Shown here one piece after another: positions 12,111 through 24,264 of a DNA stretch of 64,000 nt. Location: assembly GCF_009914755.1 (NCBI RefSeq), contig NC_060930.1. One strand, given 5' to 3'. The DNA comes from the human T2T-CHM13v2.0 reference genome, Homo sapiens. The translations under genes were made by a program, and so were the position numbers. The notes beneath the pieces were generated by a model that was not told the DNA's origin, searched no databases, and saw only the letters and a list, made by a program, of their open reading frames with translations. Within the stretch, counting starts at the first letter, position 1. The number at the start of each line of letters is the position of its first letter.

Positions 12111-14282
12111 ATTCTCCCTGTGATAATGAAGTGAGCTAGTATAAGTGAAGTGTTTGGCACTACCCTAGGAGTGAGTGGGTCCTCCATAGAGGGTTGTTGA
12201 AATTATCTTTCCTCCCAAGGTGAAGCCGTTTTCACCTTCTGGAGACAATCATTCATTCTTCTGTGCTCTCGAAGTACATATTTGTACATATGTACATATC
12301 TTTGTCTTTCTGTACATATCTTTACCGAAGCATCTTTCTTGTTAAAATTAAGTATATATCTGCATCCCCACAAGCCCATGGGCTACTACAGAAGAAGAAC
12401 CCTTACACAACCCTATTTTGCACTACCCCCGTCCTCACTGCCTCCCTTCCATGCCCAGGCAGCATTCTAATCTTTTCCTTTTAAGACCCTACACTGCTAT
12501 AAACTATGTTATAACACCAATCATATCACAATTACTTACTTTTATGCCAGTCCTTGCATAAAGGCAATAATTTAAATTCCCCTATACTTTAAGTAGCATG
12601 CACATTGCAGAAACATAATAAATGTTCAATGAGTGAATGAGGTGATAAATGAATATATTTAGATTTCCTTACAGTTTCCCTTTCTCTTACATTTATTTAA
12701 TAGCAATGAGTTATAAAAGCCTTAATCTGAAATTCATACCCCATGGATTAAATCCTAAGCTGGAATGAGATCAATCAGTATGAAACATTATTTATATGGT
12801 TGTAGCAAATTTTATTTTAAATAATCTATGTGAGCTAGCAAACCCCAAAGGATACAACAAAAATGATTTTTATTTGTATTGTGCTTTTAACTTTTACAAT
12901 GATGTGGTGGAAAACAATCTCTCGTTTTCCCTTGGTCCATAAGTAAACTAAGGCTTAGAGACAGATGAAGTGATTTGCCATACGTTCCAGGGCTGATAAT
13001 TGACATAGTTTGTCCTCAAGTCCAGTCCTCTGATATGAAGTCTGGCCTTCTATGTGAACTAGAACTACCTCTCTTGATATATCTAAGAGAAGTTCTGAAC
13101 ATGGCCACCAAAATAAACCTGAATTAAGCTGAAAAGCTACATAACTGAAGGGAAAAAAGGAAAAAGGGAATTTTTTTCAATTAAGTTATCCAGGCAAAAT
13201 TTTCAAATTTATAATTGTGTGAATAGCAGTTTTGCAAATAAAGCAGCCTTTTTCCCTTCCATCTATAAGTTTGAGAGATGTACGCCTCATCCCTTTATTG
13301 GCTAACTCTGGAAAAGACAGACACTTCCTCAGGTACACAGGCATAACTGGGCATAACTTATTGTGTCCAGGGCTAAGTCAATAGCCACACACAGCTAGTT
13401 ATTCTTAAACCTGCAAGGTGGTTACTTAACAGTCAAAAAAATTACTGAAAACTAGCCTCCAGTTGAAAAAAAACAAACAAAAAGAAAACCTTTGGATCTA
13501 CCCAAAACACTGACCTAATTTTGCATTCATATTACTTCTACTACAGCAATATAGTTAAACTTATATATTTTGGGAAGAATTGGCATATTGGGGAATAACA
13601 GGCAATTCCCCAAAGGCATTAATTTTTTATTGAGTGGTAAACCTCATCACCTAAACCATTATAGAGAGAAACCATTCTGGAATAAGGTACCTGAAAATAA
13701 ATTATTTCATAATTCCTAAAGACTAGCTAATGCAGCTGTTCTGACAATGTCATTTGAATATTTGAAAATTCATTATGGAGAACAATAACTCATCTCCCCA
13801 TAAATTGTTTCCAAACAAATTAACCCAAAAGCTATTAATGCAACAGCTGCTGCAATTAACCAATTCTTCCAACTTGCTGAGTTGTCCCATTTGGAATAGA
13901 GAAGGGATATAGGGAAGCTGAGAATACGTACTATTTTCATGTAAAGACAAATCTCAATTTCAAAATCACTAATTGTATAAAGAAGAAACACTTACACCAT
14001 TATGTAAACAGACACAGAGCACATATACTTCCAGAATGCCTGGCCATGTTTACATTTAGAATTCAGAATTACTGAAACCTGAAGACATGCATGGAGTCAG
14101 TGCTCATCACATCACATCCACATCAGGTTTACCATGTTAATTCCTGAAGGTGACTGCAATGTTCTATAATGTTTTATTCCATAATATTTCAGACCACAAA
14201 TTTGCTGCACAGAAACATGTTTCCACCTCTGCTACAGTTTTTATATTGGATCTCTAACAGGCTGCTCCCAGCCTGTATCTCT

Positions 14283-14330
14283 TATGTAAAACAATCTGTT
14301 TAGCACTTTGGGGCTTCTAAGCCCCGCTAA
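14283..14330 (+). repeat. 48-bp dispersed direct repeat, copy 1
   Basis: 43/48 identical to 15203-15250. Confidence 0.93.
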
Positions 14331-15202
14331 GCATGTTTTCGGTTTGTTGTTGGTGGTGGTGGTGATTGCATTTCTCCCCTTTGAACTAATGCTCTGCTAA
14401 GAATTGCAGCTAAACCTACACATGTAAAGATTAAAGGCAGGTCTAGTGTGGCTCTTGAACATCAAACAGCCAGAGTTGTACATGACTCAAGTAAATTGCA
14501 GGGAGCTGGCTCTATTATTTTCCTTCATGCTAGAAAACTCTTCATTATCATTTTTGTTGTAACTGCTCTTATCCACTCGCCTGGTGATGTTAGATACCCA
14601 TAAGAAGCGATAAACGCCTTCTACCAAGAGAAAATATGTTCTAATGCACAGCACAGGAGTAAGCAGGAAGCAAAGAGGGGAGGGGAAAGATAAGAGGGAG
14701 GACTGGCAGGAGAGGGAGAGAGGGGAAATTTGAACTGACCAACTAAAGTTTTTAGAAAAAGTCACATGTATTCCTGAGAGAAAAGATATTGTTTGCGGAA
14801 CAAGTGCTGCTCTGAATCCCAATATCTGATTATAAGCATGATCTGAATTTGATATAATTTATTCATATTAAAGAAAACCTCCTGTGGAGAATAAGCCTTT
14901 GTTGGAGAGAAGAAACCAATGCTAAGATGCGCCTGCTTCAGTCGGATATAATTTATCGCTTATCTTCAAGAAAAAGAAACTCAAGTAACAAAAAAGGTAA
15001 AGAAGTCTCATTCTCGCACAATCTTTAGAACCTTGAAGCTGAACCACAGGATCAGTGAGGTTGCTTCTTAATGCAGGCCCTGATGTTACTAAACTTGAAC
15101 CTACGTCTCTTCTCAGAATCTTTCATATTCAGTTTTTCAGACAAAATGTAGTGAAGGATATGATGTTTCCTGTATAATTAATGCTCAGTAAATGCTGTTG
15201 AC

Positions 15203-15250
15203 TATGTAAAACAACCTGTTTAGCACTTCTGGGCTGCTAAGCCCCTCTAA
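15203..15250 (+). repeat. 48-bp dispersed direct repeat, copy 2
   Basis: 43/48 identical to 14283-14330. Confidence 0.93.
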
Positions 15251-18200
15251 CCTCCGTACAACAAAAACTTGTTTCCTGTGAGTCCTACAGGGAGTCGAGA
15301 AATGTGAAGGAAAAACATATTTTCCTTTTGTAGAAATTCCCACAATTTAAACTCTTCCAATTAGCACCTAATTGGCAGGATGCAATTTGAAATCATTGAA
15401 TTAAACTGCTTTAAAAAAATCCATTGTTTTGTTAATATTTCAGAGGCCTGATTTCCTTTATGTGTTCTGGATTTTCCCTAATCCTGATTTAGTCTTTCTT
15501 GTTCATATCATTCAGGGAGCTCAGAGAATCCTAACTTTATGTGCTTATCCACCCACTCCTCTTAGTCACTTACTTTGTGTCCATTTCTACCCCAGAAGGT
15601 GAGAGAGTAGGTGCTGTTCATCTGGTCTAGCCTCCTCCTGTGCACCCACACTCTGTCTCCTCTTTTACTGCTTCTGCATTTGCTGTACACATGTCATAAA
15701 TGCACAGGAGCCTCAGGACTGGTTTGCTCCTTTATGCAAACACATAGTTCTGATATGCTCAGAACAAAATTCCATAGGCCTTCTTGGAATCTTGAGGCTG
15801 CAAGTGTACACTAACATGATTTCAAAATACAGCTGTTGCCTCACTTTCCCTTAGAAGATTAGTTTCTTAGAGACAAAAAAATACTTGAAGAGATAGATGA
15901 AGTTTAAGGCAAACAAAAGTATATAGTCTTTTATTAGCTTCTCCTACGCATATTCACCTAACTAAAACTGATTCCAACCCCCACGTCAATCAAAGAACAA
16001 TGACCTACATGAACAGGTCTTCCAGTGTGTCCTTGAGAAGTCTGAGAAATGGTCCTGCCTTATTCTCAGAGGTTCATATTTACATATTCTTTATGGTCTC
16101 ATCTCAGGTCTCCCCAAAGCAATTAAGATTATAGCAATAGACAAGAACCATGGTACTCTGTCAAATGGTGGTTTCCTAGCTTGACTAAAGAAAGCCAGTC
16201 ATCCATCCTAGGACCCTTGCCCTCCTCAGCCAATCATAACAAGCATTTGTCCCAGGCCCTGTCTTTGCAGCAGTCAGTACCTACAGCTGTACTCAATGTA
16301 CTGAAAAAAATTACAAGAGCAGTAATGCCCAGAAACACACCAGTGTAAGAAATGCTAACAAAATGATTTTCTTACTGAAATCCTATTTTTTATAATAATT
16401 AAACAAAAATTCTAGTTAATTATGGCTTAGAATCAAGAAGTTTCCTTAAACTGTAGTACCACTACTGCACAAACTATTATGTGGGCCTGCTGGTGAATCA
16501 CAAATTTCAGCTATTATGGGAGGAGCACTCTTAAAGTCAGGGTATTTTCTCCATTCATCTTTTTAAAAAATTGTACAATATATTAGTCTGTACAAGAATT
16601 CACTTTTAAGCCTAAGAGAAGCTGTTAAGATATCACTTACAGTACCATTTAAGTGCTCACTGCTGAATCTGTAGCCTTTGAACATATACTGAATTATGGC
16701 TCTGTCAAACTGCACACATCCCAGCCAAAGGGTAGTCAGGGGAGGGAGCCAGGGGAAAAGCAGTGAAGTACCCCCATCTATATTCATTTGTCTCTGCTTA
16801 AGTTGATTTTAATGTCAGAGTTTGCTTACACTTTTTAAACTGTGTAACATATTTCAAAGAGACAAGTTCAATTTTCAAGTCAAACAGCAGATAATGGCAT
16901 CAGGGATGCCTGCAACCACAAAGGAAATATACATAAAGAGGGCAAAATGCAAGTTAAATGTTTGCATAAGCAGCCAGATGGAAATGAGATTTCAAATGGT
17001 CCCCTCACTACCTGGAGCTCTCTCGGTACTGTATGTTTTTAGGACGCTTTCTAGTCACTAAAATCATACTGCATTACTATTATCTCTATTATACATGCGC
17101 ATCAGTTAATAAGAAACCAAAATATTAAGTAATTTTTCAGTGGCTATACTTAGCAAGAAAGTGACAAAGATATGAATGGCCCTATTCAGATGAGAACTAA
17201 AATATTTTGCTCACTTTAGGGACACAGAATTCATTAAATACCCAAGATTTAAAGATTTATGTTCAGAAAGCCTAAAGGAAGTTTGGCTTTGAATTAAACC
17301 TGTATGAGACAAAAGTATAGTCTGCCTTATTTACTGTTATGTCATTAGCACATAGTCCAATGTCAGGCCATCGAATGAAAAAACAAACAAACAAACAAAC
17401 AAATGAATGAATTAAACATCAATTGCAAATTAAGCTTTCTGACCTACAGGAACTGGATGAGCATACCCAGTTATTGTCTCAAGTAAGAATTTAAGAAACC
17501 AGAAGAGCATGTCCTCTAATTTGGATTTTCCCTACCCAGTACATTTTTGCTTTTGTATCTGCCTTGAAAGAGGAGCAGAGGGGGAATGTTCCTGAAAGAA
17601 CAGCATATGTGGGAGAAATTACACATTCCTATAGATAGAAAGTCATGAGACTGTAACCAGGTTTTGCTATGTAATCTCTGACAAGGGGTGACATTTCTGA
17701 GTTTCAGGCTCTGGAAGACAGGGCAACCATAATATACTAAGGTGACTCAAAAGAGTGAACAGCAATTGGGGGAAGGTGAACTTGAAACCACCAAACTCCT
17801 TCAGACCACTCTGTGGTTGAAGTTTGGACCCTTTTGTAAGCCAAAAGAATGGTGAGTTCATTTCAAAGATGACCAAATTGGCTTTACTATCAGCTCTTAT
17901 GGCTGTGGGCAAAGGAGAGAATGGTAGAGAACCTGGTCCTACATGGTGATAGGCTAGGGGTAAAAAAGGGGAAGAAGTGAAGATGAAAATAGATGAGTTC
18001 AAGGAGACAACTGTGGCATTGAGAAGGAAGGAGAGAAGAATTATCTAAAGATATATAGATTGGATTTTTAATATTTGTGGGTCACAATACTCTTTGAGAA
18101 CTTTTAAAACAATAAGTATTCAATTCAGAAAAATATACCTACAAAACACATTATTTCTGGAGTTTCAAGCACCTTTTTAAAATACATGCTTGCAGGGAAT

Positions 18201-18273
18201 CAGGACTACATGCCAGATGTCTACAAAGACACCTATATATCTGATAACAATGATCTGATAAAATATATTTTTT

Positions 18274-18436
18274 GGCTGAGGCAGGAGAATCACTTCAACC
18301 CGGGAGGTGGAAGTTGCAGTGAGCCGAGACTGCGCCACGGCACTCCAGCCTGGGTGACAGAGAGAGACTCAGTCTCCAAAAAAATCATCTATAGATATAT
18401 AGATATAGATATAGATATAGATATAGATACAGATAT
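18274..18436 (+). mobile_element. 5'-truncated Alu (AluS-like right arm) followed by (ATAGAT)n microsatellite
   Basis: GGCTGAGGCAGGAGAATCACTT…CTCCAGCCTGGGTGACAGAG…CTCC-A7, then a run of ATAGAT units. Confidence 0.92.
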
Positions 18437-18654
18437 TTTAACCTGATGACATTCCCGAGATGTATTGAAGTACTGCATATCACAAAGTTTTATTCCTCTT
18501 AAAATGACAGCCCAAAATTATTTTTCTATGTTAAATTTGCTTACTAAAGCAAAGTTTGAGGTTTCCCAAATATACTTTAAGTTATAAGGGACCAAATATG
18601 TCAAAATTCCTAAATTATCATAAAATTGTGATTGAGAGTGAAGAAACTATTATC

Positions 18655-18860
18655 ACACTGCATGAGTTTGAATCCCAGTAGACCCGTTTTGTGACCGCAG
18701 ATAACTTACTACTTTGTGCCTCATTCTCCTTACCCATAAAGTAGAAATAATAACAGAACCTACTTCAAAGACTAAATGAGTTTGGATTGCTAAATGTGTT
18801 TATACATGGAAAACATTAAGAATAATGTCTAATATATCTTGAATTCTCAGTACATGTCAG
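18655..18860 (+). mobile_element. MIR
   Basis: GAGTTTGAATCCCAG…TTTGTGCCTCATTCTCCTTACCCATAAAGTAGAAATAATAACAGAACCTACTTCA. Confidence 0.7.
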
Positions 18861-19434
18861 ACTGGGCACCATCACCATTATTCTCTTGGGAACTCACCGT
18901 ATTTGGAATTGCCTTAGCCCCATCTTCAGAGGAAGATGCTGTTTTAGGAGTAATGGTTCACCTCTCAGACAACATCTTCTGACGATTAAACATGTTGGTA
19001 CCCACAAAGCTACTTCAAAGTTCTCTAGCCAGATTGAATTCTGGCCATAAATTCCTGAAATCTCTGTCTAAAATTGGGGTCTGACTACCACACCCACTGC
19101 CCCCAGTCTTTATGGTATTATAAAGCCTGACTTGGAATAAGCCGTGATTGCAATAATTGTGTCCTTGTCTATGCCATCCTGTGGCATCACCCATGAGTCT
19201 AATTAGTGTCAGTATAGCCAACCTATGTATCACTTTAAAAACACAGGGTAAATGGGCTTGGTACATTTTTAAGTGTGTGTAGTAATTACTGCTCTGGTAC
19301 CTACTTCTTTACATTAGAGCAGTTTTAGTTACTTACTGGGATTTGAGGACAGCCCAGAATTCATTTCACAGTTGGAAGGATAACATAATGTCAAACACTC
19401 AGAAGGTGTAAGACACTGAATATTGTCTTCACTC

Positions 19435-19511
19435 TTTTTTTTTAAATTTTATTATTATTATACTTTAAGTTTTAGGGTACACGCGCACAAAGTGCAGGTT
19501 CGTTACATATG
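19435..19511 (-). mobile_element. L1PA extreme 3' end (~75 bp)
   Basis: TTATTATACTTTAAGTTTTAGGGTACA…GTGCAGGTT.GTTACATATG is the antisense L1PA terminus; no TSD found. Confidence 0.9.
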
Positions 19512-20257
19512 AACTGAAGCACATGACCAAAGCATTAAGTCATTTTCTGAAATCCTGCTGCTACTAGCTGACTCCACAAGCATGCACTTAGCCATATTCT
19601 CCTTGGGCTTGCCACTCTGTAGTAGTAAATAGACACCAATTGAAGCTACATTAACTCTTTCAACTGCACTTCCACTCCTGCCACTGAACAGAAGGTATAA
19701 AAGCAGTAATTTATCATATGATTTTGAATTATTCTCAACACAATTCTTGGAAAATGATGGTAAGTCTTAAGGTATTTCAAAGGTTTTAAAATCAAAGAGA
19801 AGTATTAAGAAAAAAATTATAACACTTAGAATTTCTCTTAGCTGTAAGAACAGATACTAATTCTATGCAAACTGTGTAGCAAAACATGCATGTTTTCTAC
19901 TATAAAAATAACTCCCTAAAAAAGTTCATGGTGGAAGTGTAAAACAGCTCTATTTGGATCACTAATTTGCTCAATGACATTGTTCTCAAAACCAAAATTG
20001 TCATGTCCTTTTTGTCACTTTTAAATATAAGGAATTAACCATGACAGTAGATTCCGAATGACATAGATGGCTCATTGACAATTGTGAAAATTATCAGAAT
20101 ATAGCCAAACACTCAATAAGCATGTATAAGCTACATAGTGAATTAGGAAGGCAAGATCAGACAAATATTCTTATGGGAATCAAAAATTGTCCTCACGACT
20201 GTCATTACCTCTTCCTGAATGTTACCACTTGAATCCTTAGAAATAATTACATCCCAG

Positions 20258-20523
20258 TAATGGGATGGCGCATATTCTCACTCATAGGTGGGAATTGAAC
20301 AATGAGAACACGTGGACACAGGAAGGGGAACATCACACTTTGGGGAATGTTGTGGGGTTTGCGGGCGGGGGAGGGATAGCATTGGGAGATATACCTAATG
20401 CTAGATGACCAGTTAGTGGGTGCAGCGCAACAGCATGGCACATGTATACAAATGTAACTAACCTGCACATTGTGCACATGTACCCTAAAACTTAAAGTAT
20501 AATAATAAATAAAAATAAAAAAA
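20258..20523 (+). mobile_element. 5'-truncated, 5'-inverted L1PA2/L1PA3 3' end
   Basis: Young diagnostics GCATATTCTC, GCATTGGGAG, CTAGATGAC..GTTAGTGGG; 19-bp TSD AGAAATAATTACATCCCAG at 20239-20257 and 20524-20542. Confidence 0.95.
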
Positions 20524-21347
20524 AGAAATAATTACATCCCAGGTTCCTAATTCCCAGCTACATAATTTGACCAATGTTGTGGTGTTTGAAAAACCTTCAT
20601 TTAGCATCTTTGAAATTTCATTTGAATGCTTTTTACAATCTCTCCCAGATTATTGATTAAGGCATTCTAAGAGGCCAGTCATCTGGTCTCACAATCACCA
20701 CTTCCTTCAGACTCAGTAGAGGGTTATTTATCAGCAATCTTGGCGATCATTCAACCCTTTTTCGAGAAGTTTTTAATCCCTAGCAACTTCTAAACACAAT
20801 GAAACCTTTAAAAACTTCAAATAGAGAAGCATTTTATCTCCCTTCAAAGCAGACTGTTTTAAATTGCCAAATTTTGTGGTTTAATTGATCTTTTTCATCT
20901 TTCCTCAAGATATCTCTATAAAACAAGAATGAGTATTCTGTTACTATCACACTATGCATCTAATGACAACAGAAGAGAATTTTAGGCTATAGCCCTTTAG
21001 ACTGAACAGGTTTAAAATTTAACTGGTATCCCAAGGTCAAGTTATTCAAATTGCTCACAAATAGTTTTTCTTTTCAGACTTTATTTATCCTAAGATAGTA
21101 TCATATTTTAATGATCTCTATGGTAAGCATATGTTTTTAAGATGACATAATACATGAGTTAAAAATAATATTACTTGCAGGAAAAGAAATTGTTAAAATA
21201 CTTCCCTTTCTCAGTGCTTGACAAATAGTAGTTACTCAATGAGGTTTCTTAAACAAAGTGGATCTTTTTCATGTGGTTGTATCTAGGTATACATGAAGCA
21301 CACCTTTTACTTACATATTGCATTAGTTAACATAAGGACTTTATTCT

Positions 21348-22053
21348 GAGTTGGAGAAACTATGCAGGTTTGAAGACACAGTCTCCAGAAGCCCACTCTC
21401 ACTTCAGACACCAGCCACAAGCTTGAGGGCTCCCAGGCCACCCTCACTTCAGACAAGCTGGCTATAAGTTTCAGAGTTTCCATGACCACTGTCAGGTTGG
21501 ATAATTTACTAGAAAATCTCAAAGAACTCACGAAAGCACTCTACTCATGATTAAAGTTTTATTATAGTGAAAAGATACAAATTAGAATCAGCCAAATTGG
21601 AAGAGATGCCTGGATGCCAGAATCTCAGAGAGGGCCAAATGTGGAGTTTCAGGTCATCTTCTGTGGCATCTTGAATGATGGATATAGTGTGTGACAAGAG
21701 TGATCATTGCCAACCAAGGAAGTGCACCCTTGAAGCCTAGAGTTTTTATTGAGGATTGATCACACACTGCCCAAGTGGCTGACCTTTAGTCACCAGCCTC
21801 TCCTAACAGTTCAATTTAATACCTTTAGTCACCAGTTTTTCAGGAGGTGGGAACTCATCGCATATTACAGCAACCCCATTACAAATCCCATTGTTACACT
21901 TTCCAATGGCAAAAGTCCCTAGAGAAAAAAAAGAAAAAGAAAAAGAAAAAGCCTTCTGTCAAGGAATACATTCCAGGGAGATAGAGGTCACCTCCCAGTA
22001 GCCAAGAGTGGAAGCCAGATCTCTATTTGGTTAAAGTTAATTGTTTACTATAT
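21348..22053 (-). mobile_element. MER21(C)-like ERVL solo LTR
   Basis: CCCTCACTTCAGACA repeats, CAGGTTGGATAATTTACTAGAA…GATACAAATTAGAATCAGCCAA, ending GTTAAAGTTAATTGTTTACTATA. Confidence 0.8.
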
Positions 22054-23394
22054 AAACATCATCATTTCTTAATGGAATATTGGATATTAGATAGGAAAAG
22101 GACACTAGACTTACAAACAAATCTTCCCCAATATTCAGGAAGAATTATATGCATAAGTATATCATATCCAACTTTAGCCAACAAGTTCAAGCCAATAAGC
22201 TTTAAGGATGACAAGTAGCAAAAATTATTTAAATGTTTTTTTAAAAAAATCAGGTATATGATTAAAATGAAAAGAGTTAAAGAAAATTGGTCCTGAAAAG
22301 ATAAAACTATAAGTGAAGTAAAAAATCTTAAAGCAAAATTAATTTTACTTAGCAGTTGTTAATGGACCTATGCAGATCACATACTTTGTAAGGTATTTCT
22401 AATACTCACAAGAATTAGAAATAAAGTTTCAGGGCCCCGAGTAGGGAAAAACAATTTGGCTCATGTGAGAATTAAGACGATGACTTTTGCTGGACATTGC
22501 AACCAATTGATCTTTTTTGAAAATGAAAAATAATGTATAGACAGAAAAGAAAATTCATCTAGAAATTAATATAGTCCTGGAGTGAAAGGATGATTCAACA
22601 TTTGGACAGCACTAAAAGATATAACACAATCTCAGCACATAGAAAGCTTTTAAAATGGGATCGATAAGGCAAAGATTTTTTTATAAGAACAAAATGACAT
22701 TCAGGCATAAATTTGAACCATATAACACTCTGGGGACCTTGACAGTATACAATTCTACAAGTTTCTAAATAAAACAAAAGCAAAAGCAAAATTCTTAGAT
22801 TAGACATAAAGTAGCTTAATATTAAATAATCTGTCTAAAATAAAGTAAAATCTTTGTGACAAATTTTATTAGGAAGAATATTAAGAAACATCTAATTTTT
22901 AACATTACCTTTTAAATAAAATTTTATAAAAAGAACATTGGGTTACTCCTGGATAAGCCAAATAGTAATATTAAACAAAATAAATGTTGAAGTGATGTTT
23001 TAAAACTAGAACATTAGTTAAGGAGCCTAACCAACAAATACCTTTTGTTAAAAGTATAAGCAATCAAATAATTTAACCATGCATTTTTCAACATTTTCTT
23101 AAGCATATCCAAGGAAGCTTTCAGAGTTAGATTTCATAGCCTAGGTAAAATCAACCTAAAAATGTCAACAACTAAATTTAACAAATGTTTTTCATGGCTT
23201 AAAGATGTTTTTAAATGGTAAGTGCTCCCTCTGCTCTTATAGTATTGAGAAACTTCCTATCGTTTTATGAGCTTATCTCTGTATGGAATGAACTACAAAG
23301 AAAGATTCAAAGCCTGAAAGAGAATCTGTTCTGCTTGAGCTGAATCATCTACTGCTCCCTATCCCATCCTCCCAAAGAGGCTCAAATAAGTTTT

Positions 23395-23760
23395 AAAAGC
23401 TCAATAATGATGAATAAATGAAAAGATACATCATGTTCCCAGAAAGAAAGACTCAGTATTATGAAGCTGTCAATTCTATATAATCTACAAATTAAGTGTA
23501 ATTAATTTAATCTAAAATTTCATTTGAACTTTTTATAAACTTAATGAATTTAATTCTGAAGTTCTTCTAGAGGAACCAGGAAATTCTAGAAAAACAAGAA
23601 TTATGAGGAAAGGGGATGAGCCATATTGATAGCAAATCAATGGCATCATAGTTACAATAATGTAGACACTAGTTTCTACTTTATAGAATTCTATATTGCA
23701 TGACAACTTTTTGTAATAAACATGAATTAACATTAGAATAAAAACCTCAAAAAAATCCTT
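23395..23760 (+). mobile_element. Ancient L1M ORF2 fragment
   Basis: AATAAATGAAAAGATACATCATGTTCCCAGAAAGAAAGACTCAGTATTATGAAGCTGTCAATTC. Confidence 0.65.
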
Positions 23761-24264
23761 TTGGGAAAAAAAATCCCATGTTCTTATAATTGAAATTTTG
23801 CCCTAAAAATTAATGATTAAGAAAGAATGAGTTCTATAGATCTAGTTATAGGATGGCAATTTATTTTTCCTAAAAATAAAAATTCTTACTTGCCATATTC
23901 TATACTGTATAAAAGCAGCTACTTATTATGTACAAAATGTTACATCATTTTATATGTTGAGAAATATAAATATATAAAATTATCATTTCAGACTCACCTT
24001 AAGCCTTCCTTCTCTATAAAATTCTGATATTCTCCTCACATTGTGCAGAATTGGCCACTCTCTTCTAATTTATCCCAGTGAATTTCTTATATAATTATAT
24101 TACCTATTACTGTTACTGATGGTGCAGGAAAATATACATTTAATTTATGGTAAGAATGTACATTACATCTGTCCTTTTGGAAACATCTATTATAATTTTA
24201 AATTTTTATGCAATGACACCACTTTAGTCTAGACATCTGACACACCTAGTATATACTTTATATA

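Larger units (their letters stand above)
13050..15260. promoter_or_regulatory. Repeat-poor island, candidate enhancer/alternative promoter
   Basis: About 2 kb with no clear interspersed repeat. Forkhead sites GTAAACA (14004) and TGTTTAC (14047), many TAAT/ATTA motifs, a purine-rich tract 14670-14726, several retained CpGs at 14575-14960, and a duplicated 48-bp motif. Function is inferred only. Confidence 0.35.

Noticed and set aside
14487-14822. 111-aa minus-strand ORF
   Set aside because: Non-ATG start, low-complexity L/S/P-rich half from the purine tract, and no recognisable family.
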